Source: Nitrospirales bacterium
Lineage (GTDB): Bacteria > Nitrospirota > Nitrospiria > Nitrospirales > UBA8639
Length of the DNA: 64,000 nt
Assembly (NCBI GenBank): GCA_965223295.1
Contig: CBDCWC010000003.1
Location: 160,001 to 224,000, forward strand
Reading direction: 5' to 3'
Below are positions 59,951 through 64,000 of this stretch, piece by piece; positions within the stretch are counted from its first letter, which is position 1, and each line of letters starts with the position of its first letter. Below the pieces are notes generated by a model that was given only the letters and a program-made list of their open reading frames with translations, did no database searches and was not told where the DNA came from. The position numbers and the translations under genes are program-made.

Positions 59951-60187
59951 TTATCGTTCATCACCAGGGAGCGGCCTGCGATTCGGCACCTTTGCCAAAA
60001 TTTTCTTGAGGGATTTGGTTTTGGCGCGACTAGCTCGTTCTTTGAGATAATCTTCAGTCATAATGGCGGAAATTTTTTCCGTCACTGCAGTTGAAATGAA
60101 CTGATTAATCGAGACACCTTCTTTTTTTGCAACCTCTTTGATATGTCGATGGATAGAATCTGGGAGTCGTAAATTTAACGCACTCAT
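59951..60187 (-). CDS. Ribbon-helix-helix/HicB-like antitoxin
   Basis: MSALNLRLPDSIHRHIKEVAKKEGVSINQFI. Confidence 0.8.
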   Translation of the reverse strand: MSALNLRLPDSIHRHIKEVAKKEGVSINQFISTAVTEKISAIMTEDYLKERASRAKTKSLKKILAKVPNRRPLPGDER

Positions 60188-60189
60188 TT

Positions 60190-60541
60190 TTGAGCCTCCA
60201 ATATTTTTTGGGGAGTGATCGCCTTAATTCCAAATTGCCGAATATCCTCAAAATCTTTTACATTGTGGGTAATGATGGTTGAGGATTGAGATGCCACAGC
60301 CAACTCCAACACATGATCGTCTTTCAGATCTGGCAATACGGTCGCCATAAAAAAAGATAGGAAAATGATCGCTTATGTTACACAAGGTATCGAGGAACTC
60401 CTCTATTTCTCCTATACGTAAATTCAACTGCGCCTTATTCCTCTTTAAAACATCTTCATATTCAAATAATAGTACCGTGGAAAGGCTTATACGTAAGATT
60501 CCCTTCTCAACCAACCGCAGAACCTGAAATCTCCTTAGCAA
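60190..60541 (-). pseudogene. PIN-domain toxin, frameshifted and 5'-truncated
   Basis: LSTVLLFEYEDVL..PIFF / WRPY / LPDLKDDHVLELAVA..IITHNVKDF split across frames; no DTNV N-terminus. Confidence 0.8.
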
Positions 60542-60691
60542 AACGCTCTCTACCTAAGAACCTGGCCTTTTAAACAAAAACGTACTTTTCTTGAATATGA
60601 TCAAAATCACGTGTATTTCATGCCTTTGTTGGCAAAGGCCTTTTCTGCATTAACAGTAGCATTCGATATTCAATCCTGGCATATTTTTTTC

Positions 60692-61663
60692 ATGAAATCT
60701 TCTCGGACCCGAACTTGGGCCATCAAAATCCTTAGCGTTCTTCTTCCTCTCCTTCTTGTGCTCACGTTTCTAGAAATTCTGGTTCGCTTTATTCCTCCAG
60801 ACCTCATGGTTCTTCGAAAACTCGTGACGGTAGTCCCCGATACCAGGCCCTATGTCCTAAGATCCAATATGAATATCCTGTTTTCTGGAATGTTCACTCG
60901 CATTTCTCCACCCGTCGAATGGCGAACCAATGCTCAAGGCCTTCGAGAAGACCAAGAGATCTCTCCACACTCAACTCGCTTTCGAATCGCTACCTATGGA
61001 GACAGCGAAGCCTTTGGGTGGTCTGTCAAATCGGAGGATACTTTTCAGAAACAAATGGAAGCTATTGATCCGAGAGTCGAAGTAATCAATTTTGGTGTGC
61101 CAGGATACAATGCCACGAACATCGCCGATCATATGGCAAAGACAGTTTCTCTCTATCATCCTGATCTCATTATTTACTTAGTGCATAAGAATGACTTGGA
61201 TGATTCCATAACAATTAGCCAGATGTTTGGATATTCTCATCTCCTGCTCAAGCTGCGTCTTGCGTATCAACAATGGGTTCTGAAACCGGAACAAAAAAGA
61301 AGGCGCGCATCTCCTGAACGACAAGCATTCTTTGCTCATGAAGTGGAGCGAATGATTGACATCAGCCAGCAAGACCGCATCCCTTTCATGTTAGCTTTTC
61401 TTCACACTCAAAATGAGAATGCATTACAAAAATTTGGCAACGACCAACTATTTAACGATCGAAACAGGTCATCGGAGAGTTCCAGGCCTTTTCCGCCGCC
61501 TCAACTGATTAGGCTCAAACCACTGCTTAAATCACTCCCCAAACTCGACCATCACCTCTCTCCAGAGGCTTTCCGTCAAATAGCGCAACGCCTCTGCCAG
61601 GTTCTTTCCTCGTCAGGAGAAAACCAATGTGTGCCACCCCAATGGTCTCCATCGCCTCCATAA
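60692..61663 (+). CDS. SGNH/GDSL hydrolase-like protein with N-terminal TM
   Basis: YGDSEAFG, INFGVPGY, KNDL, DHH. Confidence 0.85.
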   Translation: MKSSRTRTWAIKILSVLLPLLLVLTFLEILVRFIPPDLMVLRKLVTVVPDTRPYVLRSNMNILFSGMFTRISPPVEWRTNAQGLREDQEISPHSTRFRIATYGDSEAFGWSVKSEDTFQKQMEAIDPRVEVINFGVPGYNATNIADHMAKTVSLYHPDLIIYLVHKNDLDDSITISQMFGYSHLLLKLRLAYQQWVLKPEQKRRRASPERQAFFAHEVERMIDISQQDRIPFMLAFLHTQNENALQKFGNDQLFNDRNRSSESSRPFPPPQLIRLKPLLKSLPKLDHHLSPEAFRQIAQRLCQVLSSSGENQCVPPQWSPSPP

Positions 61664-61679
61664 GGTTATGTATAACTAA

Positions 61680-61857
61680 GGTTTTTTGAAAAAAGCCGCC
61701 AGCGACGTTGTCGCTATTTTTCCGTGCTCACATACTGCCAGTATGCTCCGCGCGCAAAAAGAGCTGCGGCCTTGCTGAACAGTTGAACAAACCCGAGGCC
61801 CCTGTGACCCCTCAGACACGAAATGTGGCCGAGGATATCATCATTATTCGACAGTCC
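61680..61857 (+). mobile_element. MITE-like element, copy 8
   Basis: ggttttttgaaaaaagccgccagcg ... ttattcgacagtcc. Confidence 0.78.
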
Positions 61858-61892
61858 AAACTAAGACAAGGGGGCAATTTGAGTGACGCAGT

Positions 61893-64000
61893 TTAGGCCA
61901 AACTTAGAAGGTGGGGACCTTCTAAAACCTGCCTACCGTCAAGAAACAGAATGGGCTGAGACGTATGGGAGGCAATACGTTCTCCTGGAAGGAGAATCCC
62001 CACAAGATTCAGAGGGTCGGCAGGAGAAAGCCGTAGATCTTGCACTCCGGCTTGAGCATCTCGGCGGACAGCTCGTAACGCTTCAACCGCTTCAGGAAGC
62101 GCAAATTGCTCTCCGGTAAACCCTTCGACGAAACGCCCGCCGCGCATTTCTCCGCGCCATTCCATTTTCCGGTACTGGATAAGCAATTCCCGCCATGTCA
62201 CAGGCAAAGATTCCCGTTTCAGCATGTCGCGAAACACCACTCCATAACGATGAGCCAATTGTTTTGCCCACAACTCATGAGGATGGCCTGACAATGTCGA
62301 GCCTTCTTCAGGCTCCTCGACGGACTCTTCAAGTAGTGCCCAACGTCCGACGCTATGCCGGGCGCGGCGGGCTCGATCTTTTCCGGCCGCTCGTCGTCGT
62401 CGAGGATCTAACAACGCGCGCAAGGGATCAAACCCATCTGCCGTAACCAACCCTGCCGCGACCAGTTCCCACAACGCCTGTTCCACTTCAGCAGCAACAT
62501 GCCCAGTTCGATTCATGAGATCGGCAAAAAAACAAGCCCCTCGGTTCTCAAAACACTCATACAACGCGAGCGCGACACCACTCAACCGCAACCGAACGTC
62601 AAACGGCCCAGAGGCTTCTCCAGGGCGAACGATCTTGAGCATCCATGCAAGGTCGTCTCGACGAATAAAGCTGATAGGAGCCATACTGTTGGGGGTAATG
62701 CGCCGAAATGATTCACCTTCTGCAACTGGCCGAAGATGCGGTTTCAGCTCTGGCGGTCTCAATCGACCCCATGCCACTTCCCCCCGCAAACAGAGATTAT
62801 CCAGCCATTCAGGTTTATAATGAGCCACGCGAGATTTCAATAGAGATGATTCCCAGGCAGAAGCTGAAACTTCATACCCGGCTAACTGGCTCAGCACTTC
62901 ACGCAGTCCGGCTTTGCCATGCAATTGCGACCCCGTCGCACAATGCTGCCACCGGAACAAAAACCGCATAAAATCTGAAGCCGTCACTGGTTCAATTTCT
63001 CGACGTAACGCGGTGACTGTTCTCCGATGAATGCGAGCGAGAAGACTGCGATCACACCATTCATCGTCTAGGCTCACTAATGCATTCCCCTTCGCTCCAC
63101 CCTCTCCCTCAAGGTGGAAAGGGCTTGAAAGAGAACCGAGCTCATTATCCGAGGACTCACCCTGGCCTTGTCTTCTCTTCAAGGCCAAGCCCTTAAAGGA
63201 AGAGGGATTTTTATTTAGAACGGATCGGAAGTGGCCGCGCAATACTTGGCCTTGGGCTTCTAATTGGAGCAATGCCTGAGAAACCTGAGAAGTTGCCATG
63301 CCTAAGCGATTGGCTAACTGCTTGGCCGTAACCGGGCCTATATATGGCATCCATCCTTGGACCACATACTGAGCAGCTATTTCAGGGGTTGGTATTTCTT
63401 CATCATTCAGTGCAGAGGGCTCACTCGTTCCAGCCAGAACTTCCACTTTCGCAAATAATGATTGGACACGAGTCAGATGATCCCTTGTGGTCCATCCATC
63501 AACAGAGTTTGTATTCGATGTTTCATCAGATTGGACGCGAAGCACAAGGACACGGCCTTTCGCCACAAGAACTTCCAATTCCTCCCGCCAGGCTTCTCCC
63601 TCTTTGGCAGGCACCCATCCCATCACCTGCAACACATCAAAGAGCTCATCGGCATCACGCACCGTCGGCCAGACTTCCTCACACACAGCCTCAATGGCAG
63701 CAATGTCTAATGTTCCAATTTTTCCATCAAACGTGGAAGGTAAGGTACGCCTGAGATTGACAGCCCGAGCCCGGCGTTCCTCCAGCGGCGCATCATCTAA
63801 AAACGCATAGGGGTTCGCATTCAAAATTTCATGGGCAAAGGGTGACGGCACCGGCGACTCAACCGTTCGCACCTCTATGGTTTGAGAGGCAACATGTTTC
63901 AACACATGCCGAAGGCCATCGATGTCCATGGCTTCAGACAAACAATCCTGAATGGTTTCCTGCACGAGTGGATGGTTCGGCACAGGAATATCGCCCACAT
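61893..64000 (-). CDS. lhr: Lhr-family helicase, C-terminal part (5' end outside window)
   Basis: HPLVQETIQDCL, PSPFAHEIL..YAFLDDAPLEERRARAV, EWCDRSLLARIH, RGGRFVEGFTGEQFA. Confidence 0.9.
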   Translation of the reverse strand, partial: VGDIPVPNHPLVQETIQDCLSEAMDIDGLRHVLKHVASQTIEVRTVESPVPSPFAHEILNANPYAFLDDAPLEERRARAVNLRRTLPSTFDGKIGTLDIAAIEAVCEEVWPTVRDADELFDVLQVMGWVPAKEGEAWREELEVLVAKGRVLVLRVQSDETSNTNSVDGWTTRDHLTRVQSLFAKVEVLAGTSEPSALNDEEIPTPEIAAQYVVQGWMPYIGPVTAKQLANRLGMATSQVSQALLQLEAQGQVLRGHFRSVLNKNPSSFKGLALKRRQGQGESSDNELGSLSSPFHLEGEGGAKGNALVSLDDEWCDRSLLARIHRRTVTALRREIEPVTASDFMRFLFRWQHCATGSQLHGKAGLREVLSQLAGYEVSASAWESSLLKSRVAHYKPEWLDNLCLRGEVAWGRLRPPELKPHLRPVAEGESFRRITPNSMAPISFIRRDDLAWMLKIVRPGEASGPFDVRLRLSGVALALYECFENRGACFFADLMNRTGHVAAEVEQALWELVAAGLVTADGFDPLRALLDPRRRRAAGKDRARRARHSVGRWALLEESVEEPEEGSTLSGHPHELWAKQLAHRYGVVFRDMLKRESLPVTWRELLIQYRKMEWRGEMRGGRFVEGFTGEQFALPEAVEALRAVRRDAQAGVQDLRLSPADPLNLVGILLPGERIASHTSQPILFLDGRQVLEGPHLLSLA

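Overview
Bacterial chromosomal window; gene content and repeat style suggest Nitrospirota, but that is an unverified inference. Main blocks: (i) 1-14.3 kb glycogen/trehalose cluster (malQ 5' end, glgX, treZ, glgB, glgC, treY, YtxH-like genes), interrupted after treZ by a frameshifted IS200-type tnpA and a decayed higBA; (ii) 14.5-32 kb housekeeping genes (CDF transporter, aldo/keto reductase, metX-metW fusion, metY, SWIM-SNF2 helicase, cupredoxin, Slp, Sel1, Uup, flavin reductase); (iii) a ~32-52 kb surface/regulatory region: ECF sigma + zinc anti-sigma + lipoprotein subtilase + STN-like protein, two catalytically dead sigma54-activator AAA+ paralogs sharing an upstream motif, a secreted beta-propeller/diheme cytochrome c, a PAS sigma54 activator with candidate -24/-12 promoters on both sides, a second closely related ECF sigma, and a curli locus (csgB-like, two very acidic csgA paralogs with 8 and 16 repeats, a basic minor curlin, csgEFG; no csgC/csgD/csgH recognised in the window); (iv) 52-64 kb housekeeping genes, two decayed TA loci and the 3' part of lhr. 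Eight copies of a ~180-225 bp MITE-like element lie between genes. The best candidate for a new system is a sigma54 -> ECF -> acidic multi-curlin amyloid cascade. A second pattern, seen twice, is cargo genes bracketed by a diverged duplicate of the upstream gene's 3' end. All calls are by motif recognition; no searches were run.
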